Origin: a virus
Lineage: Duplodnaviria > Caudoviricetes
Direction: 5' to 3' (one strand)
IMG/VR virus record: IMGVR_UViG_3300037440_000452
Span: 1-41,241 of that record
DNA: 41,241 nucleotides
Shown here: positions 1 to 7,906 of the stretch, piece by piece
Layout: every line of letters begins with the position of its first letter
Numbering within the stretch: the first letter of the stretch is position 1
The notes under the pieces: generated by a model
What the model was told of the DNA's origin: nothing
What the model saw: the letters and a program-made list of their open reading frames with translations, nothing else
Database searches by the model: none
Position numbers and translations under genes: made by a program

Positions 1-127
1 TATGCAGCCTGACGACTGGGAGCCGGGCGACGTTGTTCGGTTTGTGGATTATGAATCCAATTTCGGAACAGCAAGCTTCACTATTGATTTTGAAACCCAC
101 AACTTTGAAGGTACCGGTTCAGCCACT
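1..127. repeat. Terminal direct repeat copy 1 (circular contig overlap)
   Basis: 1-127 is identical to 41115-41241; 127 is a common assembler k-mer length and the repeat lies mid-gene. Confidence 0.95.
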
Positions 128-211
128 CTGGTAATGAGTGTTGACGACGGAGCCATAACTCTGGAGTACATAGACGTAACTCGCGGCTTCCAACGTGTAG
201 CGGTGGTGTGA
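2..211 (+). CDS. C-terminal 69 aa of the fibre protein that starts at 39139 (wraps the origin)
   Basis: ATG at 2 equals ATG at 41116, which is in frame with ATG 39139. Confidence 0.9.
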   Translation: MQPDDWEPGDVVRFVDYESNFGTASFTIDFETHNFEGTGSATLVMSVDDGAITLEYIDVTRGFQRVAVV

Positions 212-502
212 TATGGCACAATTAATCAGTACAACCCAGAAAGCAGGGGCGGCGAAGAGATCACCAATACGGCGGTTGCCCCAACTACAGGAAACACCCG
301 GCAGGTACTAGAAATTATCGTCAATGACGACGCGACTGAAACACAGTTTTGGATTGATGGTAATTTAGTGGGAACTCACACAACTGTGCCATCTGCTGGG
401 CTTCGACACGGTATGTTAATTAATAAACTGGCCGGAACTACCAACAGAACCCTTAAGTTGTATGGTGCTGGCTGGGATTACGTTTTCACAACACCGGTTT
501 AA
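212..502 (+). pseudogene. Start-less or frameshifted fibre/lectin-like domain
   Basis: Frame 212-502 is open (...VLEIIVNDDATETQFWIDGNLVGTHTTVP...); ATG at 213 is in another frame and stops at ~311. Confidence 0.55.
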
Positions 503-505
503 TAC

Positions 506-832
506 ATGACTAGCGTAAGATCACTACATCAAGACGACCCCACTAAATTCGATGCCACGAGGCGGGTGGAGTTTTTCAACGGCGTAACTTCTGGTTCTGG
601 GGAACTCGCGATCAATTACGATCCGCCGTTCGCGGCTCCGCCGTTGGTGTTCATAGACGCAAACAACCTCGCCACTAATCAGTGGGCGCGGATAACGAGC
701 CAAGACGAAAACGGAGTGACCGTGCAAGCACACCAACGTAACTCCACTAATCTGCTGGGCATTGAAATACTTCTGGCAGCAACAGTAACCGCGAACGGCG
801 TAGCTGTGTCACTAGCGGTGATAGGGAAATAA
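506..832 (+). CDS. Hypothetical virion/fibre-associated protein (108 aa)
   Basis: ORF within the late operon with beta-rich composition. Confidence 0.7.
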   Translation: MTSVRSLHQDDPTKFDATRRVEFFNGVTSGSGELAINYDPPFAAPPLVFIDANNLATNQWARITSQDENGVTVQAHQRNSTNLLGIEILLAATVTANGVAVSLAVIGK

Positions 833-850
833 CTAACTGAGGAAACAACC

Positions 851-997
851 ATGGCAGACAAAAAGAAAGTAGATATTAAGCGTACTGTATCCAGGCCTAA
901 AATGGACAAACCGAAGACCAAGAAAATAAAGTCTCCCGTGGTTGAAAAATCCAAATACACAATGGTCGGCAAGGAAAAGCCGAAAAATAAATACTGA
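851..997 (+). CDS. Small Lys-rich protein (48 aa, MADKKKVDIKRTVSRPKMDKPK...)
   Basis: Hand-translated; GAGGA RBS upstream; fills the gap between 832 and 1015. Confidence 0.7.
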   Translation: MADKKKVDIKRTVSRPKMDKPKTKKIKSPVVEKSKYTMVGKEKPKNKY

Positions 998-1014
998 GGA
1001 AAGAGTAGAGCAAA

Positions 1015-1821
1015 ATGTCAAACGTAGTCAGCGGAAATACAGGGTCTTCTTGCCAGGACTTGAAGGTCAACCGGATCAATGAGGCATACTCAAAGCTGCG
1101 CATTTCCGGTCTGACTGTACTTCCGTCTGCGGAAGACCTGGAGCTGGCGCTGACAAGGCTTGAAAACATGATGAGCGAGCTGTCTGGCACTCGGAATATC
1201 TGCCTCAATTACAATTTTGAGGATTGCCCAGACCCCAACAGCGTCACCAATATCCCGAACTGGTCGAAAGATGGGATTTCTTCGCTGCTCGCTACGCGCC
1301 TTATCCCGGACTTCAATAAGATGGTCCCGGCCCAGTTGATGGCGCAGGCCGCCTCCTCAATATCGAGCATATCCGGGCGAGTTATGCGCGACAAGCTGAG
1401 GCAGGTTCAGTATCCAGACAGGATGCCTGTGGGATCTGGAAATTATCGGTATCCGCGCTGGGCAAGATTCTACCGACAAGAAGTTTTGCCACCAAACAAC
1501 TGCTCAACCAATCCCATTAAGGTTGGTGAGACAAAGAATTACACGATCTCGTTTAGTCAGGAAATGGAGAAAGGCGAAAGCATCATAGACTTTTATACTG
1601 ACGTTTCGGACGGCCTTACAATAGACAATGAAGTCGTGATAGGTCTTGATATTGACTACTCGATTACCGCTATCAGCTTGGCATTCACTGGCGCTAACAG
1701 AACAATAGGTGGAGCATGGCAAGCTGTGCGGTTCACAATCAATACCGATGCGGGTAGAACCCTAATCAAGGATGTAAATTTCGAGGTTGTAGACTTGCAG
1801 GAGATAGCAAATGTCGTTTAA
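1015..1821 (+). CDS. P22 gp4-like head-tail adaptor with C-terminal extension
   Basis: AYSKLRISG...ELALTRLENMM...YPDRMPVGSGN resembles gp4; position upstream of gp10. Confidence 0.8.
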   Translation: MSNVVSGNTGSSCQDLKVNRINEAYSKLRISGLTVLPSAEDLELALTRLENMMSELSGTRNICLNYNFEDCPDPNSVTNIPNWSKDGISSLLATRLIPDFNKMVPAQLMAQAASSISSISGRVMRDKLRQVQYPDRMPVGSGNYRYPRWARFYRQEVLPPNNCSTNPIKVGETKNYTISFSQEMEKGESIIDFYTDVSDGLTIDNEVVIGLDIDYSITAISLAFTGANRTIGGAWQAVRFTINTDAGRTLIKDVNFEVVDLQEIANVV

Positions 1822-2470
1822 TCAATCAAAACTGACTCGCAGCGTGAGCCAGTCCCAAGGAATTTTTAACAAATACATTTACCAGACTGAAGACACTATT
1901 GCCACCGTTCTTGCCGATGGATATTTTGCGCAGAGCCGATACCGAGAAGATGATGGGTGGGTAGGCAGTTATTTGGAGGCGCAATGCTCCGACGGTTATC
2001 TGTATAGCCAGATTTCACTCGACGGAAGTTCAGCAATTATCGAAGTATCGGACGGGCCACCACCGGCCCCTCCAGTTCTAACCTCGGGAACCAGAGAAGA
2101 ATTAATCGCCGCTCTCAGCTCTTTGGGTATTGTTAATGGGTCATCCGGTCCATTTACTCGCCAGAACATAGGGGTTCCACCCATTCTGGCGATCTCCAAT
2201 GGAGAGCTTACTCTTACAGGAAGGCTGGGCTGGTACAGAGTGGCGCCTCAAGGCGGCGTGAGCGGTGATGAGCTAGATACCATCAACGATTCTGGGATTC
2301 AGGTTGGGGATGTAATCATGCTTAACCCTGCCTCTGATGTTTTGGATGTTGTGATTACGGGGAACGGAAATATTCGGGCAGATCCGGTTACCCTGGCCGA
2401 CATACGCCACAACATCACATTGTTTTATGACGGGTTCAATTGGATACAGAAATCCGTGTATTTATTCTAA
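1811..2470 (+). CDS. Putative fibre/virion accessory protein
   Basis: Coupled to gp4; shares an LTSGT-ELxAAL motif with the 39139 fibre. Confidence 0.65.
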   Translation: MSFNQSKLTRSVSQSQGIFNKYIYQTEDTIATVLADGYFAQSRYREDDGWVGSYLEAQCSDGYLYSQISLDGSSAIIEVSDGPPPAPPVLTSGTREELIAALSSLGIVNGSSGPFTRQNIGVPPILAISNGELTLTGRLGWYRVAPQGGVSGDELDTINDSGIQVGDVIMLNPASDVLDVVITGNGNIRADPVTLADIRHNITLFYDGFNWIQKSVYLF

Positions 2471-2486
2471 AGACATGAGCAACTGA

Positions 2487-3896
2487 ATGGCCACTATGCC
2501 CCTCACCCTAATCAAGGGTGATAAGAAAGGTTCCGAGACGGATTACCGGGATGCTCTGCCTGTCAATATGACGGCCGTTCTGCGCCCTGTTTTGGGCGCT
2601 CAGGGGTATATGATCCAAGAGGCCGGATTAACTGAATTCGGTAATTCCCCTGGCGTTTGCCGGGGAGCTATCTGGAATGAACGGTTGCAAATGCATTTCA
2701 GGATTCAAGGAACCCAGTTCGGCAGAGTGGACGGGAATGGGGCGTTCACCTTTCTAGGAACCGTCCCAGGAGAAGACACTGTAAGCCTACCATACAGCTT
2801 CAACACCCAAGGAATCATCGCAAGCGGCCGATTTTTCCAGTATTCCCCTGGTGGAGGATTTATTGAGATAACCGACCCAGACCTTGGTAATCCAATAGAT
2901 GGGGTCTGGGTTGATGGTTATTACTTTTTGACGGATGGGGAATTTCTCTATCACACGGATATAAACGACGAAACTTCTATTGATCCGCTAAAGTTCGCAA
3001 CTTCTGAATTCTCACCCGACCCAACCCTTGCGGTAGGTCTGACCAATGACAACAAGGTAATCGTACCAAACCGATATACCACGGAATATTTCGTCAACGT
3101 AGCAACCGACAACTTCGCATTTCAACGAGTAGCTACCCGTGCCGTAAAAATAGGGATAGTTGGCACGCATGCAATAGTAGAGATTTCCCAAAATTGGTTT
3201 ATGTTGGGAGGAAGAAAAGAGGAATCTGTCTCCGTGCACCAATTGGGTGTTGGATCTGCTACTAGAGTAGCAACCCGAGAGGTAGATAAAATCATAGGGC
3301 AGTATAACGAAACAGAACTGGCTTCTGTGGTCATGGAATCCTATGAAGAGGATGGATATAGCCACGTCATTCTCCACCTGCCAAACCATACGCTCAAATT
3401 TAACTATACCCTGGCGCAAGCTGCCGGCATTGAGCAGGCGTGGACGATCATAAAGTCGGACGTTCAGGGTGATGACCAATGGAGAGGAAAGCACGGAATA
3501 TTTGAAACCCGATTGGGAGAATGGGTGTTCGGCGACAAGATCGACGGAAGATATGGAATCCTGGATAGTACTACGGCCCTTCAATACGGCCAGATCGTAG
3601 AATGGATACTATTCACTCCTTTCGTATATCTCGAAACCCAGTCTATAGACGAGGTGCAGATTGAAACCATACCGGGATTTACAACGACGAATGACGCAAC
3701 GGTATTTGTATCTCTGACCTATGACGGCGTAACGCACGGACTTGAATACACCATGCAATATGGATCACCTGCCGATTACGGAAAGAGATTCATCCGCTAC
3801 CGGTTCGGCTATGTGAGCGATTGGTTTGCGCTCAAGTTTCGTGGCGCCACTCGGTCAAGAATGGCCTTCGCCCTGGCGAGAATCGAGCATGGCTAA
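2487..3896 (+). CDS. P22 gp10-like tail hub / packaged DNA stabilization protein
   Basis: N-terminus LIKGDK...DYRDALPVNM, 469 aa, synteny. Confidence 0.9.
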   Translation: MATMPLTLIKGDKKGSETDYRDALPVNMTAVLRPVLGAQGYMIQEAGLTEFGNSPGVCRGAIWNERLQMHFRIQGTQFGRVDGNGAFTFLGTVPGEDTVSLPYSFNTQGIIASGRFFQYSPGGGFIEITDPDLGNPIDGVWVDGYYFLTDGEFLYHTDINDETSIDPLKFATSEFSPDPTLAVGLTNDNKVIVPNRYTTEYFVNVATDNFAFQRVATRAVKIGIVGTHAIVEISQNWFMLGGRKEESVSVHQLGVGSATRVATREVDKIIGQYNETELASVVMESYEEDGYSHVILHLPNHTLKFNYTLAQAAGIEQAWTIIKSDVQGDDQWRGKHGIFETRLGEWVFGDKIDGRYGILDSTTALQYGQIVEWILFTPFVYLETQSIDEVQIETIPGFTTTNDATVFVSLTYDGVTHGLEYTMQYGSPADYGKRFIRYRFGYVSDWFALKFRGATRSRMAFALARIEHG

Positions 3897-4590
3897 CGGC
3901 GTATCTTCCCAGTTACAAAGGCTTGTTCTTTCTGCCTCCGATCTCAAAGAGATCACCAAGCAGAAATCGGGAGAGCCATGGACTGACGCATTGATTGAGG
4001 ACTACCTAAATATCCTCCGGGATGCGGCTCTACTGGCTGACGAAATAGACCAGAATGCCGGAGAGATCATTGCGTCACAAAAAAGGCTTTCTGCCGGTGT
4101 TCAGGCGAACAAGTCGCAGATTTCCCAAATCAGGGCACGCTCACTGAGCAACGAAAAGGGAATAGACGATCTATTTGATGATGTGAATGACCTGTTTGAA
4201 TTTTTCCCGGTGAAGGCATGCAGCTTTTTGATCGCTGGAAATGGTGTTTTAAATCCGGTGATTCAGCATTCCTACAACGTCAACGGGATCGTCAGATCTG
4301 GAGTAGGTATTTACACGGTGACCTTGACGCAAGGCACGATAAACGGCCAATCCATACAGTCTCGGCACACCTACGCGATTGAGCACTTAATAAGCCCATC
4401 CGCCAGCACCGATCAGTTCAGAGTGCAGGTTACCTCGTTCGCCGGAACTACGCTGGTACTGTCGGTTCATGAGGTAACGGTTGGCGGTGGGTCAAGCTTG
4501 GTTTATACCCCCTACGACCTTCAGGTAGGGGATTCGATAACTTTCAACATTTTGATGAACGCAGGAAGCGGCTTACTGCCGCCAGCATAA
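3889..4590 (+). CDS. Tail needle (gp26-like) with C-terminal knob
   Basis: Follows gp10; W..ALIEDYLNI N-terminus, coiled coil, then beta domain; ATG 3889 overlaps the gp10 stop. Confidence 0.6.
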   Translation: MANGVSSQLQRLVLSASDLKEITKQKSGEPWTDALIEDYLNILRDAALLADEIDQNAGEIIASQKRLSAGVQANKSQISQIRARSLSNEKGIDDLFDDVNDLFEFFPVKACSFLIAGNGVLNPVIQHSYNVNGIVRSGVGIYTVTLTQGTINGQSIQSRHTYAIEHLISPSASTDQFRVQVTSFAGTTLVLSVHEVTVGGGSSLVYTPYDLQVGDSITFNILMNAGSGLLPPA

Positions 4591-4591
4591 T

Positions 4592-4930
4592 ATGGCTATT
4601 AGATCGGATATTGATTTTGGATTGATCCCCGTGGGCACCTCAGATACTGCGGTAATTCAACTGCCGTTTGCTGTTGAGAGGGTGGGCGTAACGGCGGCCT
4701 CTGTGCATAACACGGCAGGCGCAAATAGGGTTTTAACCTTATGGGAGAGCCCAAACCTAACGTCTGCTTCTGGTTCTGTGATCGCCGTATATACCGTACC
4801 TGCCAATTCATCGGTCGATATTCAGGAGGTTCTAGGGCAAGGCTATGAAAATACAAACGTTATCGCTCAAGGAAGCGCATCAGGACTCAATTTCCGCTCC
4901 ACTGGAACTACATACACCGAGGGCGACTGA
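4592..4930 (+). CDS. Hypothetical virion protein
   Basis: Tightly packed ORF, beta-rich. Confidence 0.7.
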   Translation: MAIRSDIDFGLIPVGTSDTAVIQLPFAVERVGVTAASVHNTAGANRVLTLWESPNLTSASGSVIAVYTVPANSSVDIQEVLGQGYENTNVIAQGSASGLNFRSTGTTYTEGD

Positions 4931-5225
4931 AATTCCCGATGAACTATTTAGGAATGAAAACTACCTTGTTGTCCGCGTCGGAGAGAGCTGGTTTTCATTT
5001 TGCCGGAAGGGTGAAGCGATGATGATTCATTTTTGCAGCCGAGATGCCAAGTCTGCACGGGAATCAGGGGAAATCTTCATAGACTGGCTATTCGGACAAT
5101 ACGAGTGGTGCCGAATGATTATTGCAACGATCAAAAAAAGGAGTTTACAACGACTAGCCGCCCGATGTGGGTTTAGAGAATTTGCCCGAAGGGGCGATGT
5201 TTTGGCTATGGCGAGGATAAGATAA
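4845..5225 (+). CDS. P22 gp14-like / GNAT-fold-like protein (start uncertain)
   Basis: Lies between needle and gp7; DWLF...IIATI...RLAARCGF pattern. Confidence 0.5.
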   Translation: MKIQTLSLKEAHQDSISAPLELHTPRATEIPDELFRNENYLVVRVGESWFSFCRKGEAMMIHFCSRDAKSARESGEIFIDWLFGQYEWCRMIIATIKKRSLQRLAARCGFREFARRGDVLAMARIR

Positions 5226-6022
5226 TGGGAGATTTTTTCGGAGGCGGTGGCGATGATTCCGCCGACGCAGCGAAAGACGCAGCTCAAATACAGGCGGACT
5301 ACCAGCGGGAGGCCCTGGACTACCTCAAGGAAACCGAGGCTCTCCCCCAGCAGTTCCGGGAATCCGCGCTGAAGTACCTGGCAGGCGCCTATGGGCTGCC
5401 AGGGGGGGAGGGTAGTCAACAGGAGATCATTGACCAAGCCCGAGAATCCCCGCTTTATGGGGCGATCATGGGTACCCAGGAGGCCTCGGAGGAGTCCATC
5501 CTGCGCAATGCCTCGGCGACCGGCGGCCTACGCTCCGGGAATGCTAATGATGCCCTGGCGGAGAATGCCCAGCAGCTGGAGAACCAGGCGTTGCTGACGT
5601 CTTACAACCAGCAGATCCAGGGCGTTGGAGGTCTTGCCGGGCTTCCGTCGCTAGCCCCTCAGATCGCCTCCGGAACCGCGGGTATCGGGCAGACTCTCGG
5701 CCAGGGCGAGATTGCCGCGGCGCAGGCGAAGCAGCAGGGCAACCAGATGGGAGGGGGAAATCTGATGGGGCTCGCACAGCTTGGGCTACAGGCTTATGGC
5801 GCATTCTCGGATCGCCGCCTGAAATCATCCGTCCTAAAAATCGGCACGCGCGGCTCCCTTAACTGGTACGAGTGGGTATGGAATTCCGCCGCCAATAAGC
5901 TCGGTCTCTATGGAAAAGGTCAGGGTCCGATGGCCGACGAAGTTGAGCAGGTTATGCCCGATGCCGTGACCGAGATCAGCGGCTACAAATTCGTGACCCT
6001 GGGAGGTGCGCATGGCGTTTGA
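5225..6022 (+). CDS. gp7-like ejection protein with C-terminal Peptidase_S74 chaperone domain
   Basis: ASATGGLRSGN gp7-type motif; FSDRRLKS...WYEWVW...GPMADEV. Confidence 0.8.
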   Translation: MGDFFGGGGDDSADAAKDAAQIQADYQREALDYLKETEALPQQFRESALKYLAGAYGLPGGEGSQQEIIDQARESPLYGAIMGTQEASEESILRNASATGGLRSGNANDALAENAQQLENQALLTSYNQQIQGVGGLAGLPSLAPQIASGTAGIGQTLGQGEIAAAQAKQQGNQMGGGNLMGLAQLGLQAYGAFSDRRLKSSVLKIGTRGSLNWYEWVWNSAANKLGLYGKGQGPMADEVEQVMPDAVTEISGYKFVTLGGAHGV

Positions 6023-6548
6023 ATACTACGGGGGCGTACCCCAACAGCCCCAGGAAAACCCATTTATTATCGAGCAGCCCCAGCAGCAGCAACAGGGCGG
6101 CATGAGCCCGATGCAGGGTCTGGGGATGTACCAGCAATTCGCTGGTGGTGGTGGCATGCTTGGGGCGGGGCCCGCTGGTGGAGGAGCCGGAGCAGGCTCT
6201 GCCGCCGGTGGAGCCGGAGGCAGTGCGGCAGGAGGGGGAAGCTCCGCGCTCGCCTCTGCCGGCCCCTGGGCAGCCCTGGCGGCGGTCATCATTGCCAATG
6301 AATCCTCTGCCAAAGATGATCCGGATAGAAATCGCCGGTCCGGGTCCGATTACTACAAGGATCTGCTCGGCGGAAAAGTGCTGGAACAGGATGCGCCTTA
6401 CTGGAGCCGCAAGATTTTCGGGAAGGATGACAAGTTCGGGTTTGGCAAGGACATGGAAGCCGGCGCCGAGCTAGCAACTCTGGATTTCTCTAACTTCTGG
6501 GATAAGGCCAAAGACGGCACTCTCGGGAAAATTCTGGACATATTCTAA
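6012..6548 (+). CDS. Gly/Ala/Gln-rich putative ejection protein
   Basis: GGAGG RBS; lies within the ejection gene cluster. Confidence 0.65.
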   Translation: MAFEYYGGVPQQPQENPFIIEQPQQQQQGGMSPMQGLGMYQQFAGGGGMLGAGPAGGGAGAGSAAGGAGGSAAGGGSSALASAGPWAALAAVIIANESSAKDDPDRNRRSGSDYYKDLLGGKVLEQDAPYWSRKIFGKDDKFGFGKDMEAGAELATLDFSNFWDKAKDGTLGKILDIF

Positions 6549-7906
6549 TGGCTTTTCAATATGCTGGCGGTAATCCCGCGACCCCCTCTCAAGGCGGGGG
6601 AAATCCTTTTCGTGTGCAGCCAGGTGGTGATTTTGGCGCTGGCCTTTCTGGTCTTGGGCAAACTCTCGCGGAAGTAGGTCGCGAGAAGAAAGCAGAGGCG
6701 CGCTTTAATGAGGTGCAGGGCGCAGCTATGGAGGCGTACAAATCTGGTGACCCGAATATAATGATGGAAACCGCGATAAAGTATCCCGAGCTTCAGGAGT
6801 CCATGAAACTTTCGGTAGGCTTCCAGAATGAACGGAGCGAACGGGCTTTTCTAGATACCGCGCGCGCTGCCCTGAGTGACCCCGATAACGCCGCCGATCA
6901 TATCGCACAGGGAATCCAGCGGGTAACCGACGAAACCGACGGTAGGCCGCCTAAGAACATGCTGACAATGCTGGGCAAGTGGCGCCGAGATCCTGAGTCC
7001 GCTGAGCGAGATACGGCGATGTGGCTTGCTGGCGCGGCTCCGAAAGAATATGAAGCTTACTTGACGCAGCGTGGGCTGGAAAGCACCGGAACGCGCGTGG
7101 GAGCGCAAGAGATACTCCCGGACGGGGGTATCATACAGTCCACATCAAGCGGCCCACGCGTGTATTCCCCGGAAGGAGAATTGTTGAAAGGTTCGGATGC
7201 TGCTAAAGCGATTAGAGAGGCCAGAGATTTTGGCGTCGATATTGCCCAGCGCACATCCGGAGGTAGAAAAGCAGGCGCACTGGGAGCAGAAATTGGGCTT
7301 GCAGAAGATCTTGGATCAGCCAGAGGCGAGGTTTCCCGCCGCACAAAGATGGCAGAGCAGACCGCCAAAGCGGCAGAGGATATATTCAAGCAAGTCGACC
7401 AAATTCGCGGAACCCTCCCCAATTATGACGAGGCATTAGCGGCAATCGATGAGGGAGCAAATATTGGCAAGATTCAATCCATGCTTCCGTCATTCAAACA
7501 GTCAACCATCCGGTTCGAGAACGCAGCCAACCGGCTTGGGCTTGACGTGGTCTCGTCTGTCACATTTGGCGCGCTGTCTGAAGGTGAATTGAAGCTGGCC
7601 ATGGAAACCGCCATGCCGCGGGGTATGACTCCGGAAGCGACCAGGGAGTGGATAACTGCAAAACGGGACGCGCAGGCCAAGCTCGCCGACCAGATGGAAG
7701 AGGCCGCATTATTCTTCAGCCGCGGCGGTACCAGGGCCGAATGGGTGGAGGAGCAGAGAGCGCTGAAGGAGCAGCGGGAAACCAAAGAGGAAGAGCCCTC
7801 CCCGCAAGAAGTGCCCACTCGCAACGCACAGGGTTGGCAGTTGATGACCGATGCCCAGGGTAACCGTGCCTATGTCGGCCCCGGCGGCGAAGTAGAGGAA
7901 ATCTGA
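6548..7906 (+). CDS. DNA transfer/ejection protein (gp20-like position)
   Basis: 452 aa, helical, synteny. Confidence 0.7.
   Translation: MAFQYAGGNPATPSQGGGNPFRVQPGGDFGAGLSGLGQTLAEVGREKKAEARFNEVQGAAMEAYKSGDPNIMMETAIKYPELQESMKLSVGFQNERSERAFLDTARAALSDPDNAADHIAQGIQRVTDETDGRPPKNMLTMLGKWRRDPESAERDTAMWLAGAAPKEYEAYLTQRGLESTGTRVGAQEILPDGGIIQSTSSGPRVYSPEGELLKGSDAAKAIREARDFGVDIAQRTSGGRKAGALGAEIGLAEDLGSARGEVSRRTKMAEQTAKAAEDIFKQVDQIRGTLPNYDEALAAIDEGANIGKIQSMLPSFKQSTIRFENAANRLGLDVVSSVTFGALSEGELKLAMETAMPRGMTPEATREWITAKRDAQAKLADQMEEAALFFSRGGTRAEWVEEQRALKEQRETKEEEPSPQEVPTRNAQGWQLMTDAQGNRAYVGPGGEVEEI

Noticed and set aside
1-127. Biological terminal repeat
   Set aside because: Exactly 127 bp and mid-gene, matching an assembler k-mer overlap; the terminase type suggests headful packaging
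209-211. Genome-wide TGA recoding
   Set aside because: TGA terminates many well-defined genes with ATGA coupling; only this site suggests possible readthrough
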